From Macrostomum lignano (lineage: Eukaryota), in NCBI GenBank assembly GCA_002269645.1, contig NIVC01001887.1, positions 124,001 through 188,000 on the forward strand: DNA of 64,000 nucleotides. Reading direction: 5' to 3'. A model generated the notes under the pieces. It was not told the DNA's origin and ran no database searches. It was given only the letters and a program-made list of their open reading frames with translations. The translations under genes were made by a program, and so were the position numbers. Below are positions 10,825 through 35,441 of this stretch, one piece after another. The number at the start of each line of letters is the position of its first letter. The first letter of the stretch is position 1.

Positions 10825-11763
10825 TTAGCGCAGAATCACGGCCAGTCTATCGGCCAGCTGGCCGCTCGAACTCCAGGCCACATCTGGCTGCGTGCTGTAC
10901 AGCAGTTTCGGTGGGGAGGTCACCTCGCCGGCCCAGCTGCAGATGTCAGTGGTCTCGAGCGCCAGCATGAGGCCGCGGTCATTCGGGCAGGTGTTGTACA
11001 GGTAGCTGATGAAGAAGCTGCGGTTATGAACAGTATCTCCGGGAATGCCGAAGAAGTTGAAGGTCCGGCTAGCGAGGTCGGAGACAGGCCAGCTGGCCTT
11101 CAGCCGGTCCCGAGAGAACCAGTTGGTCCTGTTCAGCTCGTGAGGCGACACCGCGAGGTCGAAGGTGACCTTTACGACAACAGAGTCGGCGACAGAGAGC
11201 TGGACGACGGCCTCCTTGAAGGTGAGCTTCGGCGCCACTGCGGGCAGCTGGTCGATGGTGCTGGCGCGGAACAGGTCGGGCAGGAGGCTGGCGGAGTTGG
11301 GCGCGCCCCGAACGGCGGACCCGTTGCTGCGGCTCGGCGAGTCGACCAGGTCGAACGACTTGACGCCGACGCCCGCTCGGATGCTCAGCGCGAGGAAGCC
11401 GCGCTCGGCGACGTCGCAGGACACGAGGCAGCGGCCCCCCGCCGAGGCCGAGACGGGGCAGGCGGCGAAGTCGCCGCAGTCGGTCGAACGACGCTCGCAG
11501 ACGTCGGAGGCGGCGTCCCACGTCACCGACTCGCGCGCCGCGGCTCCCATCGGCTGCGGCAGGTCCAGCCGGAAGCAGCCGCGGACGCCTTGGCTGCCGC
11601 TGGCGACTCGAACCGGCGGCTCGCAGGTCGAGGCGAACTGCGACTCCGTGAAGCAGCCGGGCTGTCCCGCGCCGGCGCCGGCGGCCAGCAACAGCCCCAG
11701 GAACGTCAGCAGAGGCGCCAACTTCAGGGGCGCGCTTACTCGGATCGCGAGCTGAGCAGCCAT
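10825..11763 (-). CDS. Intronless secreted protein, 312 aa: signal peptide, Cys-rich segment and a C-terminal domain of unknown function
   Basis: ATG-to-TAA ORF with host-like GC3 bias; hydrophobic N-terminus (LLTFLGLLLAAGAGAG); C-terminal WFS..RL..SW..DL...C.ND.G..C.W..LLYS..AD pattern. Confidence 0.85.
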   Translation of the reverse strand: MAAQLAIRVSAPLKLAPLLTFLGLLLAAGAGAGQPGCFTESQFASTCEPPVRVASGSQGVRGCFRLDLPQPMGAAARESVTWDAASDVCERRSTDCGDFAACPVSASAGGRCLVSCDVAERGFLALSIRAGVGVKSFDLVDSPSRSNGSAVRGAPNSASLLPDLFRASTIDQLPAVAPKLTFKEAVVQLSVADSVVVKVTFDLAVSPHELNRTNWFSRDRLKASWPVSDLASRTFNFFGIPGDTVHNRSFFISYLYNTCPNDRGLMLALETTDICSWAGEVTSPPKLLYSTQPDVAWSSSGQLADRLAVILR

Positions 11764-12308
11764 TCAGCTTGCTTTGGTAGGCGAGAAGGCAGCGACTCCT
11801 ACCGACCGATGCGCAGAGGTGCGGGGAACATGGGCAAGCTGAGGGACTGGCCTGGGCTGATTAAAAAGCCTTTAGAATGTACTTCAGTATTCTGCTGCTT
11901 CAATGGGCAGCCTTAGCAACCATTGTTGCAGGGATTCTGCAGCTCAACCATGGTATTGGGACTTCTGGCCTCCACTCCAGCTCTGCAAGCTGCTAAAATG
12001 ACTGCAAAGCTGTGAATAGCTGATGAAGAGATGCTTGTTGCGTGTGATGCAAGTCCCGGAGATCCGCATAATGAAGCTGAGTTGGGTTGTTTGCATTGGC
12101 AAATAAAGGCACTACTTCACCACAGTCTTCGTCGTGGCAGCATTTATTTTTAGAAGCTTCTCCTTATGTCAAGACAAAACAGTCTGAATGCAAATCATTT
12201 TGTCACAAACTGAATTATGGCTCCTGAATTATGGAATGGCCAGCTGCAGGTGATTGACAGGTTGAAAGGCTTGGGTTTTATTAAGATGGCTTACACGTGT
12301 ATGTCTGC

Positions 12309-12720
12309 AGAGTGTCTGTGGGAGAGGATGCGGAGTGTCCGTGGGTGAGGATGCGGAGTGTCTATGGGTGAGGATGCGGAGTGTCTGTGGGTGAGGATGC
12401 AGAGTGTCTGTGGGTGAGGATGCGGAGTGTCTGTGGGTGAGGATGCGGAGTGTCCGTGGGTGAGGATGCAGAGTGTCTGTGGGAGAGGATGCGGAGTGTC
12501 TGTGGGTGAGGATGCAGAGTGTCTGTGGGTGAGGATGCAGAGTGTCTGTGGGAGAGGATGCGGAGTGTCCGAGGGTGAGGATGCGGAGTGTCTGTGGGTG
12601 AGGATGCGGAGTGTCCGTGGGTGAGGATGCGGAGTGTCTGTGGGTGAGGATGCGGAGTGTCTGTGGGTGAGGATGCGGAGTGTCTGTGGGTGAGGATGCG
12701 GGAGTGTCTGTGAGTGAGGG
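12309..12720. repeat. 23-bp minisatellite of the same family as 3190-4482
   Basis: Same unit GAGTGTCTGTGGGTGAGGATGCG, same orientation. Confidence 0.95.
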
Positions 12721-13028
12721 TATCCTAATACAGACGCACCTATTGTTACGTACTTCTTGAAGAGCAGAATTTTACTGTGACTGGGTCACACGTTGGAACT
12801 TCAAAATTAATTATTGACTTTTGCTTAAAATGCACACGAACCTGGGGTCCCGCCCGCTCGCTTGCACCAGCATTTCGTGCTAATTTGGCAGCAAAAGCAC
12901 TTACTAAAAATTATTAATAACATGAGTAACGAGCTGCGCTACTCATAGTAGCAAGTCTGAGGTTGGAAAAGGGGCTTTTTTATTTTATGAGCCATGCCTC
13001 TGTTCTCGCTACTGACTTTTCTATTTCT

Positions 13029-13652
13029 ATGACACCATTCAGAGACACTGAGCACTCTCTGGAACCTCATGACAGCATTCAGAGACACTGAGCACTCTCT
13101 GGAACCTTATGACACCATTCAGAGACACTGAGCACTCTCTGGAACCTTATGACACCATTCAGAGACACTGAGCACTCTCTGGAACCTTATGACACCATTC
13201 AGAGACACTGAGCACTCTCTGGAACCTTATGACACCATTCAGAGACACTGAGCACTCTCTGGAACCTCATGACACCATTCAGAGACACTGAGCACTCTCT
13301 GGAACCTAATGACACCACTAAGAGAATCTGAGCACTCTCTGGAACCCTATGACACCACTCAGAGACACTGAGCACTCTCTGGAACCTCATGACACCACTC
13401 AGAGACACTGAGCACTCTCTGGAACCTCATGACACCATTCAGAGACACTGAGCACTCTCTGGAACCTCATGACACCATTCAGAGACACTGAGCACTCTCT
13501 GGAACCCTATGACTCCATTCAGAGACACTGAGCACTCTCTGGAACCTCATGACACCACTCAGAGACACTGAGCACTCTCTGGAACCTCATGACACAACTC
13601 AGAGACACTGAGCACTCTCTGGAACCTCATGACACCACTCAGAGACACTGAG
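13029..13652. repeat. 40-bp minisatellite (GACACCATTCAGAGACACTGAGCACTCTCTGGAACCTCAT)n
   Basis: About 15 head-to-tail units with no spacers. Confidence 0.95.
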
Positions 13653-13937
13653 AAACTATCAGGCGACACTCCTGTCTGTTATGGACCCTAATCGCAGCCA
13701 ATGTACATTGGAGAGCAAATTCCATGGGTGCATTGCGGGCCAAGGCAAGTGAAGCGCTGCTCATTGGCTGCCCGAACGAGCCCGGCGGCACAGCTAAAGC
13801 GGTTTTAATCGGCAGATCTCTTGGGCATTGGCTGGCTGTGGGTAGGCGGAACGACTCGGAGAGCAAGCAGACTTAAGCACTGGCTGAACCGGCATGGCGC
13901 AGATGGCCAGTCGGATCGGCTCCCACATGCGCAGGCG

Positions 13938-23065
<9,128 letters not shown>

Positions 23066-23079
23066 CTGTACAAGTCAAA

Positions 23080-23515
23080 GATGGGTTGCGGAGATCCCAG
23101 CTGAGAAAACTATGGGTTGCGGAGATCCCAGCCGAGAAAACTATGGGTTGCGGAGATCCCAGCCGAGAAAACTATGGGTTGCAGAGATCCCAGCTGAGAA
23201 AACTATGGGTTGCGGAGATCCCAGCTGAGAAATCTATGGGTTGCGGAGATCCCAGCTGAGAAAACTATGGGTTGCGGAGATCCCAGCTGAGAAAACTATG
23301 GGTTGCGGAGATCCCAGCTGAGAAAACTATGGGTTGCGGAGATCCCAGCTGAGAAAACTATGGGTTGCGGAGATCCCAGCTGAGAAAACTATGGGTTGCG
23401 GAGATCCCAGCTGAGAAAACTATGGGTTGCGGAGATCCCAGCTGAGAAAACTATGGGTTGCGGAGATCCCAGCTGAGAAAACTATGGGTTGCGGAGATCC
23501 CAGCTGAGAAATCAA
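23080..23515. repeat. 31-bp minisatellite just after the receptor stop codon (CTATGGGTTGCGGAGATCCCAGCTGAGAAAA)n
   Basis: About 14 units. Confidence 0.95.
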
Positions 23516-24159
23516 TGGACTGCAGGGATCTTGGTAGCAGGATTTACCTTTCTAGATTAGCTCCACACGCATAGGAAAGTGAGTACTTTATACCGGCTGG
23601 CACAGTTTCACGCAGCTCAGTCGCGCACCTCATTGCTCTCCTGACTGCATGCTTGCATACGGAACTCTGTGCCGCTCTTAATTAGTTAATTACAGATGCA
23701 CAAATACATAATGAATATTTTGACAGTCGAGGAATAATCCAAAAAAATTTCACTTCTACCTACTAATAGTAACAGTACGCAGATTTGTGCACGCCAATTA
23801 AAAAATCAACAAGGACAAGAAATACAATTTATTTTGTCAAACTCGAAAGAATCTCTCAGGTCAAGTCAGAGCGCCAACTTCATGCTGTCGCAATGCTCCA
23901 CCGAGTGCTGCATAGGCAAAGCAGAATTGAAATTGAAAATTTATTTAAATAGAAAAAGAATCAAATAAAACCCGGTCAGTAAGCATATGGAAATCAAATG
24001 CTTATACGATAAAAATACTGCACTGCAATGCGGTAACAACATTGGCAAATGCCTACAAAATTAACGGACTGCTTGATAGGAAATCAATTAAAATAGCTCT
24101 AAAAGCAACTCAAAAAGATGACAGGTACCTGACTTTTGTCATCTTCGAGTCAATGAGTC

Positions 24160-26830
24160 TCAGATGGCGCTGGGAGGCTGGGAGACCAGGCGGACCAGGC
24201 CCTCCTGGAAGACGGTGGCCACCAGGGCTCCGTCGCGGCGCCACATGTTGCCCTTGTTGGTGGTCCGGCCGCGCCCGCCGAACAGGCAGTGCGCCTCGTA
24301 CAGCACGAACTCGTGCGGCAGCAGCGGCTCGTGGAAATAAACCGAGTGATCCAGCGAGGTCACGAAGGCCGCCTGCAGGGACAGGTCGCTGACCAGGCCG
24401 CCACGCAGGATGCCCATGTCTGCCATGTAGGTCGTCAGCACGTGGCTCTGCCGCACCGCGGTCGGCGACATCGCAGGCGAGCTGCCAGAGGCTGCAGCGG
24501 TCCCGACAGAAGAGGCGTCGGCAGGCTCTGGCGGCGGCGCGTCCCGGGCCCGCAGCCACATGTGCACCTTGGGCTCGTCGGCCGGGCGGACGCGGTAGTA
24601 AACCAGCGGGTCGGTGGGCTGAATCTCCAGGCTGAGCCGGCTGTACATGTCCAGCTGCGACTGCGCGTTGCTGCGCAGCTCCGAGCTCAGCTCCTCGTTC
24701 CTGCGGGGAGGCCGCTCGCTTGACGACTAAACTGCACCTGGATGCGCGCTTGGGCCGCTGGTCCCCGACCCGGTATGCTCAGCCATGAGTACAGTTGGGA
24801 GCCGCTGGTCCCCGACCTGGTGTGCTCAGCCATGAGTACAGTTGGGAGCCGCTGGTCCCCGACCCGGTATGCTCAGCCATGTGTACAATTGGGAGCCGCT
24901 GGTCCCCGACCCGGTATGCTCAGCCATGTGTACAGTTGGGAGCCGCTGGTCCCTGACCCGGTATGCTCAGCCATGTGTACAGTTGGGAGGGGAGCCGCTG
25001 GCACCCGACCCGGTATGCTCAGCCATGAGTACAGTTGGGAGCCGCTAGTCCCCGACCCGGTGAGCTCAGCCAGAAAAGATAAACTCCAAAAGGATAAATT
25101 CCAGTATTGGGAAACAAAGAAATAAACATTAAACGGGTAGCCCATTAAATATAACAAAATCGCAATTTGAGAATCGAAATAAATTAAAACAAATGAGTTT
25201 TAAGAAACGAACTTGCGCAGATGCGGCAACACAAACTGCCTGTAGAGGTCCGGTTCCGACTCTCGTCTATCAGCACTGGACGATTGGTCCAATGCTGACA
25301 AGCTTTCGATTAATAAAGCATAAATATTGGAATATTAGGCCTCGATTGCAGTTACTTGGACTAGAAAGCTGGGCTAGGACTGTTTGGGTGAGTAATTCAT
25401 GCCTAGATTGTCTGTTAGTAGTGAGTTGCGCACATTAAAGAATAATTCTCGCAACGTAATAATAACACTATCTAAAAATGATATTTTGCCCTAAAAACCG
25501 CTAGCGGATGAAACGGAATCTTTTTGCATGTACGAGTAGAGAAATGAAGTCTCAAAGGATTTGGGTAAAAGGCTGGTGTAAACTATACCTCTTATGCCTC
25601 GTCAGCTAATTAGTACTAGGCTATTGGAATCCCAGATCAGCAGGCAAAAAGATAAGCCAAAACTCACTTGGCTGCCGCGGTGAGGAAGCCAATGACATCC
25701 AGCGACTCGGCTGGTGGCACCTTCGGCATGGGGTGGTTGATGTGCACAACGTCGCCCTCCGGCAGGGAGAACGAGGCGATCATGGTGAAGATGGCGCGGT
25801 CATCCTGCACGCCCTCGATGCTGCGGCTACTGTAAAAGGGGCCGTCTCGGACTCGTCTGACCCGAAACTCGACGGGCTTCGTCTTGTCACCTGTGGCAGG
25901 GGGTGCGCGACCGTGATTGTAGGTAGGTAATTGAGGGTCTGAGAGGAGCTTCAGTCTTATTAATATAGGTGATCGATGCTCCCAACTGTCACGGGGTCCC
26001 CTCCCAACTGTCACGGGGTCCCCTCCCAACTGTCACTGGGTCCCCTCACAACTGCCCCTGGGTCCCCTCCCAACTGTCACTGGGTCCCCTCCCAACTGTC
26101 ACTGGGTCCCCTCCCAACTGTCACGGGGTCCCCTCCCAACTGTCACGGGGTCCCCTCCCAACTGTCACGGGGTCCCCTCCCAACTGTCACTGGGTCCCCT
26201 CACAACTGCCCCTGGGTCCCCTCCAAACTGTCACTGGGTCCCCTCCCAACTGTCACTGGGTCCCCTCCAAACTGTCACTGGGTCCCCTCCCAACTGTCAC
26301 TGGGTCTCCTTCCAACTGTCACTGGGTCCCCTCCAAACTGTCACTGGATCCCCTTCCAACTGTCACTGGATCCCCTTCCAACTGTCACTGGATCACCTTC
26401 CAACTGTCACTGGGTCCCCTCCAAACTGTCACTGGATCCCTTCCCAACTGTCACAGGGCCGCCGCTATCCCCTCCCCACCCGCAGGGCTCCAGACACTCA
26501 CCGGCAGCGATGAAGTAGCTATGGAGGCTGTGGCAGAACCTGTCCTGCGGCACGGTGCGATAGGCGGCCGAGAGGCACTGGGCAGCCACCTGACCGCCAA
26601 AGATAGCCCGCTTCGTGCCCTGCCACATCTGCGAGTCGCTGGGGAAATAAAATTATGCTCAGTGAAAAAAACTCGCTCCCGAAAAAATACGATTAGAAAA
26701 TAATGCCTCCAGCTGCTTACCTGGGCAGCAGCACGGACCGGAATACGTCCTGGCCCAGCGGCTCCAGCTCGAACAGCAGTCGGGCCAGACTGGCGAAGTA
26801 GGAGACTCGAGACGCCGTAGACGTAGACTC
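24160..26830 (-). CDS. ACOT8: Acyl-CoA thioesterase 8 (TesB family). Exons 26830-26721, 26638-26502, 25890-25668, 24700-24160; start codon not located
   Basis: Motifs FELEPLGQDVFR, IFGGQVAAQCL, HSLHSYF, YMAD, SLDHSVYFH, ATVFQEGL; phase-compatible GT-AG joins. Confidence 0.9.
24755..25070. repeat. 47-bp intronic minisatellite
   Basis: GGGAGCCGCTGGTCCCCGACCCGGTATGCTCAGCCATGTGTACAGTT units. Confidence 0.9.
25980..26455. repeat. 22-bp intronic minisatellite (CCCAACTGTCACTGGGTCCCCT)n
   Basis: Seen directly. Confidence 0.93.
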
Positions 26831-26947
26831 CTGAAGATTAACAGGATTTGTTTTGATGGAGCAGTAAAGTCTACTGTGCCTCTGATTGTTGCCCTACTGG
26901 ATCATGCCCTAACCGTTTGAGGACACGGGGAAGAGCGGAGTGGGATT

Positions 26948-28330
26948 CAAGCAAGAGTGAAGTGGGACACAGGGAAGGGCGGAGTGGGACAGGTGTGGGA
27001 CACTGGGAAGAGCGGAGTGGGTCAGGTGTGGGACACTGAGAAGGGCGGAGTGGGACAGTTGTGGGACACTGGGAAGGGCGGAGGGGACAAGTGTGGGACA
27101 TGGGAAGGGCGGAGGGGGACAAGTGTGGGACACAGGGAAGAGCGGAGTGGAACAGATGTGACTCGGGGAAGAACGGAGTGGGACAGGTGTGGGACACTGG
27201 GAAAGGCGGAGTGGGTCAGGTGTGGGACACTGGGAAAGGCGGAGTGGGTCAGGTGTGGGACACAGGGAAGAGCGGAGTGGGTCAGGTGTGGGACACTGGG
27301 AAGAGCGGAGTGGGTCAGGTGTGGGACACAGGGAAGAGCGGAGTGGGTCAGGTGTGGGACACAGGGAAGAGCGGAGTGGGTCAGGTGTGAGACACTGGGA
27401 AGAGCGGAGTGGGTCAGGTGTGGGACACAGGGAAGAGCGGAGTGGGACAGGTGTGGGACACAGGGAAGAGCGGAGTGGAACAGATGTGACTCGGGGAAGA
27501 GCGGAGTGGGTCAGGTGTGGGACACTGAGAAGGGCGGAGTGGGACAGGTGTGGGACACTGAGAAGGGCGGAGTGGGTCAGGTGTGAGACACTGGGAAGGG
27601 CGGAGTGGGACAGGTGTGGGACACTGGGAAGAGCGGAGTGGGTCAGGTGTGAGACACTGGGAAGGGCGGAGTGGAACAGGTGTGGGACACTGAGAAGGGC
27701 GGAGTGGGTCAGGTGTAAGACACTGGGAAGGGCGGAGTGGGACAGGTGTGGGACACTGGGAAGAGCGGAGTGGGTCAGGTGTGGGACACAGGGAAGAGCG
27801 GAGTGGAACAGGTGTGGGACACTGAGAAGGGCGGAGTGGGTCAGGTGTGAGACACTGGGAAGGGCGGAGTGGGACAGGTGTGGGACACTGGGAAGAGCGG
27901 AGTGGGACTCCAGGAAGAGTGAAGTGGGTCAGGTGTGGGACACTGGGAAAGGCGGAGTGGGACAGGTGTGGGACACTGGGAAAGGCGGAGTGGGACAGGT
28001 GTGGGACACTGGGAAGAGCGGAGTGGAACAGATGTGACTCGGGGAAGAGCGGAGTGGGACACTGAGAAGGGCGGAGTGGGACAGGTGTGGGACACTGGGA
28101 AGGGCGGAGTGGGACAGGCGTGGGACACTGGGAAGGGCGGAGTGGGACAGGTGTGGGACACTGGGAAGGGCGGAGTGGGACAGGTGTGGGACACTGGGAA
28201 GGGCGGGAAGGGCAAGTGTGGGACACAGGGAAGAGCGGAGTGGAACAGATGTGACTCGGGGAAGAGCGGAGTGGGTCAGGTGTGGAACACTGGGAAAGGC
28301 GGAGTGGGACAGGTGTGGGACACTGGGAAG
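26948..28330. repeat. 33-bp minisatellite between beta-tubulin and ACOT8
   Basis: 11-aa period QVWDTGKGGVG. Confidence 0.93.
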
Positions 28331-29294
28331 GGCTTGTATCGGGTAAGTCTGAAGACAGGTGCAATGAAGAGATATTTCCCGACGAATCGTAATATTAATC
28401 CCTAGAGATTCAGAGCAGGAGACTAAGCAAATGAGAAGCAGTTTGGACAGGCAGTTTCTGCCAGGTCGAAAAGATCAGATCTGATATCTAGTAGCCTAGT
28501 GAATATCAAGGACTCATTTTTAGCACAGAAGAGCGAATAAGGGTTATTGAAGTAGAAAATTGAATGTACCGGTAACCTTGCTGATATAAATTCCACAATA
28601 GTCCATAGTTGGATGGCTTTGAATGCTGTTTAGCGTAACTAGGAAACTGGAAACTGGATTGGGGGGTCTCTGAATACTAACCGGGAGGCCTAAACCACAA
28701 TTCGACAGTCAATGTTTAGCCTCTTAGACCAATTTCAGCCGCAGATAAACACAGAGGCCCAGTTCAACTATACACAGTAAATTATAAAGTCGAATTCCAC
28801 AGCGATTTAATGAGTGAACGACGAACACGAAAGGCGGTGATAAACGATCGAACACGTGAGAGCGGGTTTTATTTGTCACAAAGTTGGTAAAAAGAGCAGC
28901 CGAAGCAGCCCGGCGGTGCAGCCAGAACTAACTAATAACCGATAATTAAATAGATTAAAATATTATAAGAGACTCGGGAGCAGGCGGATAGAATACTGTG
29001 GAGGCGGGAAGTGCTGACTGGATGTGCTGGTGGCGCGGACAGAGGAAGTGCGGAGCGGACCCGCAACCAGTGGACTCTGGCAGTAGTATGCAGGGTATAG
29101 ATAGAAGATTTTGGAAAATAGTAGAAAAGATTTTTTAGGCGTAGAGAGCAAAAAAGCATCGACCAGTGTTCAGATTGCACTAGCAAAAGCTGACGAGAAA
29201 AGCATAGAAAAAAGAATACAACGCGGATTGCAGTGCGGATTTGGAGACGGGCGCCATTAGAGTGCGTAGGATAAAAGTACACATTTCGGACTCG

Positions 29295-31053
<1,759 letters not shown>

Positions 31054-32804
31054 CTAACAGAAGGGCCAGGACGGGGCCGTGTTCGCCTATTTATGACAGA
31101 AACAAACTGGCTGAGTCACGCCAGCCGAATCTCTTTCCCTCCCTGCCCACTCCCTACCAATGGAAGTTCAGCCAGCCATGCAAGGCAACGCTCGCCTAAC
31201 GGGGGTGGGTTCGGGTTGCCGGGGACGGCTGCAAAGCCTCCGGATCGAGGCAACGCAGTGTGCAGCAGCAGAAAAAGGATGAAATATAGGTTGGTTAAGT
31301 CAATAGTGGCTGTGCACTAAACAGACTGCAAAACTAAATGCATGCCGCCAGATTCAATGCACTGCACAACTCTCGTCTGATGAGAGAAAAGAGGAAGGAC
31401 AATTTCCTTAGATTCTATTTCACAAATAGTCGATATAGTCGATACAGAACTGCCGCGTTCGCAGCAAAACAGGCTAAACCCTTACAATTGTCAGCTAGAA
31501 GAAATGAAACACTACCCGGAGACATTAGATCTAACCAGAAAGTCAGGAAAAAAGTAAGAAATTTGAGCAGAAAAGACAAAAAAACGGGCAGGACACAAAG
31601 GAATGCTAATATTTAACTTACCAAATAATAGGTCTAGTCTGTTAACTGAGAGCTGTGTTTGTGCCTTTCACTGACTTGGCTGAGCGAGAGGAGCGAAGGG
31701 AAGGACAGTCTTACTTTATTTCCTGCTCCACCCTTTTAGCTGGGACCCCCACCCCACGCCGGGGGTTGGCTATCTGGGACTGGACAAGCCCGGAGTGGGG
31801 TGGGTGCATTAGCCCTTGCCGCGGCCCAGCCCATCCCGCCCATGGTCAAAAAACACGCCTTGCTGAGTCAGGCGCAGCTCAACCGCTGGATTGGGGGGAG
31901 GGGTAGAATTATATTTTATGAATCGATAAATTCAATCAAAAATGCAACCCTTAAACACTGTTATACCCTGACATAATAGTCTATCTTAGCATTATTATTA
32001 CACAGCCAATTGTGCAGCAGTTAGTCGATTTAAAATCAAAAGCCATAAAATAGAGGGAAGGCAGCGATGTACACAAACTAATTGATTTTACAGCTGTCTG
32101 CACGAGATACTAGAAGACTGACTGGATGGACCACTTAGCCCATTTGCGTGTAAGCTACTGCCAGTTAATTAAGTAGAAAGTTAAACAGAAGAATTTTAAT
32201 GCATTTTAAAGACCGCTCATAATTTATTTGCTCTCGTTGCCTGCCTCTTAGCTTAAACCCTTTAACTGAGTCTCTCCATACAAAACCTCTACCAGTCCCA
32301 CTGACCCAATTTTATTGCCTTTCTCGGCGTTCATCCTAAGCTGCAATGTACATTTCAGTGGCTAATGTACATTATGGGCTGAACCAATAGCGAATTGTTT
32401 ACGCCTACAGACTAGGCTTCTAAACTTATCAGTCAGTCAGCTGCCTTAAAGTAGCTGATGTATGTATTCTTATGTATTATTTCTTGCTACTGAACTGGAA
32501 GTAGAAAGCAGTTTTACTATGCATTTTATGCCTAATTGGCCCATCGAGTTAGTTATATTAGTATGTGATATGCACTGACAAGAAATGCCTCTAGCTCTGA
32601 CAAACATGCGAAAATGGATACTCAGCCTCAGACGCATTCTGCAATCAGCACTGTAAAAACTCACCCAAAACACTTTGAAAATTATTCAATTGTGACAGTT
32701 TTAATCCACCGAAAGTCCATATTATTTCCCTCTAAAAATAGTTAATATGTGTACACTTCGAAGAAACAGGCAATAGAGTTAACCTAAATTATGGGGTAGC
32801 TGAA

Positions 32805-33255
32805 ACCTGTGCTGAATGATGGGATAGCAAAACCCTGTGCTGAATGATGGGGCATAAGAGCATCTAATGCTGAATGATGGGGTAGTAGAACCCTATGCTG
32901 AATGATGGGGCATAGCAGCATCTTATGCTAAATGATGAGGCATAGCAGCATCTTATGCTGAATGATAGGATAGCAGAACCCTGTGCTGAATGATGGGGCA
33001 TAAGAGCATCTAATGCTGAATGATGGGGTAGTAGAACCCTATGCTGAATGATGGGGCATAGCAACATCTTATGCTAAATGATGAGGCATAGCAGCATCTT
33101 ATGCTAAATGATAGGATAGCAGAACCCTGTGCTGAATGATGGGGCATAGTAGCATCTTGTGCTAAATGATGAGGAATAGCAGCATCTTATGCTAAATGAT
33201 GGGGCAGAACCCTGTGCTGAATGATAGGGTATAGTAGCACCCTGTGCTAAGTGCT
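32805..33255. repeat. About 28-29-bp degenerate minisatellite (TGCTGAATGATGGGGCATAGCAGCATCT-like)
   Basis: Seen directly. Confidence 0.85.
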
Positions 33256-33788
33256 AGGATAGACATCTCATGTAAATAATTGATTAGATTAGCAGACTTA
33301 AGTCAATTGTCTCTTATCTTTTCAAGGTAGATATCAATTCAATTGATCAGAGTTTTCTCTGCATAAGGAAAACTATGCAAAACCTACGTACAAGAGTAAG
33401 AAAATCCTATATACTAAAAATTATTGGCTAAAATGTCTTGCATTTTAAGAGTACTTGTTAGGTTGCATTATGTGTTATAACAATCTATATGTTTGTTCAA
33501 TGTGTTAAATAAATACAAAAATATTTTAAAACTAAGAATGATTCTCGAGTTTGAATATGCAACCTACTAGTAATTAGGTAGAATACCAACTTACAGTCCT
33601 ATGAATAAGAATTGAAAGTTAATCTCTTTGTTATATTTTTTGCTTATTTATTTTTTGACTAGCTAAAATTAAATACAATTTTGTGTATTGCTTTGGTTCT
33701 ATTTTTGGCTATAAATATAACTTTGTTATGGTTTTGTATAAAAATATATTGGCTTTGAACATGTTTATTTTGGTATTCTTCGTACTTA

Positions 33789-34850
33789 CAAGGGCTGAGC
33801 ATAGTTGAGAGGTGGCTGAAAAAATCTAACACCATAGGTGTCAAGTACATTATATAAATACAATGTTTGTAAAGTTTCAGACACACTGGTCATATATATA
33901 GTGTCTGGCCTGTCTCCACAATGATTAAGGATAATGTTGCTGCTGTCTAGGCCATGGTTAAGGATGATACCCAAGTGACTATGGCCCAGATAGAGGCAGA
34001 AGTGGGCATCTTATCAGGATCCATCATCCTATATTCACAGCTTAACCTAAGCAAGATTTCTGCATCCTAGGTGCTTCATAAGCTGACTCTGAAGCAGAAG
34101 GAGGCTTGGGTGACCTGGTGCCATAGCCATACCATGCTTGACAGATTCAATGGAGGTAGCTCAAACTCAGTCTAGGATATCGTCAGTGATGACAAGTCTT
34201 GGATCTATGGTTTCAACCTAGAGACTAAACAACAATTGGCCCAGTGTATTCCAGTTGGCAACACACTAACATCTAAGCTTCAGTGAGAGCTCAGCGTGGT
34301 AAAACAGATGGTGACCATTTTTGTGGCAAAAACTGGTCATCTGGCCACAGTTCCACTTGTGCAGCAGTGCATAGTTACCAGTGACTAGTAGGCCAACATT
34401 TGCCTGCCAGAAGTGCTGAGCACTCTCTCTAGGCATTGGCCAAGGACTCCAGCTTGGGGCATCCTTCTCTATCATGACAATTCCCTAGCCCACAAGGCTT
34501 GACAAGTAGCGGAGTTTCTGGCTAGAGAGCACATTCAAGAGCTCGGTCATCCACCCAATAGTGCTAACCTGGCCCCTTGCAATTTTTTGTGTTTCTACAA
34601 ATCAAGTGTAGGATGCATAGAATGCACTATGGATCACCAGAAGCTACAAATAAAGGCATTCATCTAGTATATGGAGGAGGTGCTACTTTAGATTGGTCTA
34701 GCTGCTTTAGCAAGTGGTTCAAGTGCATAAAAATTTGCATTGAATCTGCTAGAAAGTACTTTGAAAAGAAAGATATAACTGTTTTTCTTTCTAACTATTT
34801 CTATTTCCATTTCTAACTTTATATCTGAAAACTTATTGTCTAGCCCTCGA
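33789..34850 (+). mobile_element. Decayed Tc1/mariner transposon, N-terminal part of the transposase deleted
   Basis: Translated remnants: ISAS*VLHKLT (WVPH), DIVSDDKSWIY (GDETW), YHDNSLAH, HPPNSANLAPCNF (YSPDL), KYFEK; TIR-like CAAGGGCT.../...AGCCCTCG ends. Left end uncertain. Confidence 0.8.
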
Positions 34851-35135
34851 TATTATTAGTTTGCACTTATAATTTAATTATCTGTTTAAAGTCTTTTCAA
34901 AAAATCTTTTTAATGATAATATATATATATCAATTTAATATATAATTATTGTTTGGAATAAATAGTTTTATGATAAATATTAAAAATATATTGGTTAAAT
35001 ACTAATTAGAACTCTTGCTTTACATAACTAAACCATTTATCTATTTGCTAGAATTATGATTTTAATCTTATATAGTTTGTGGTTATTCTAATTAGATTTA
35101 TTTGTGTGTGGTAAAGTTGCGCATCTGAGAAAAAG

Positions 35136-35347
35136 TAGAATTAAGAAGGTGAGCACTATCATTTTTATGCGACATGTTTTACCTTGTGTCAGGCATCGTC
35201 AGGCTCTTAAAATGAGTAACGATTTATTTGTTCATTAATATTTAACTTAGTCTTAACTAAGACTAAGAACAGGTCAATAAAAGTCAGAAATGTATATAAA
35301 TTAACAGTAGATTGTACAGTCTGATGGAGCGCTCACAGAGTTGCAAT

Positions 35348-35441
<94 letters not shown>

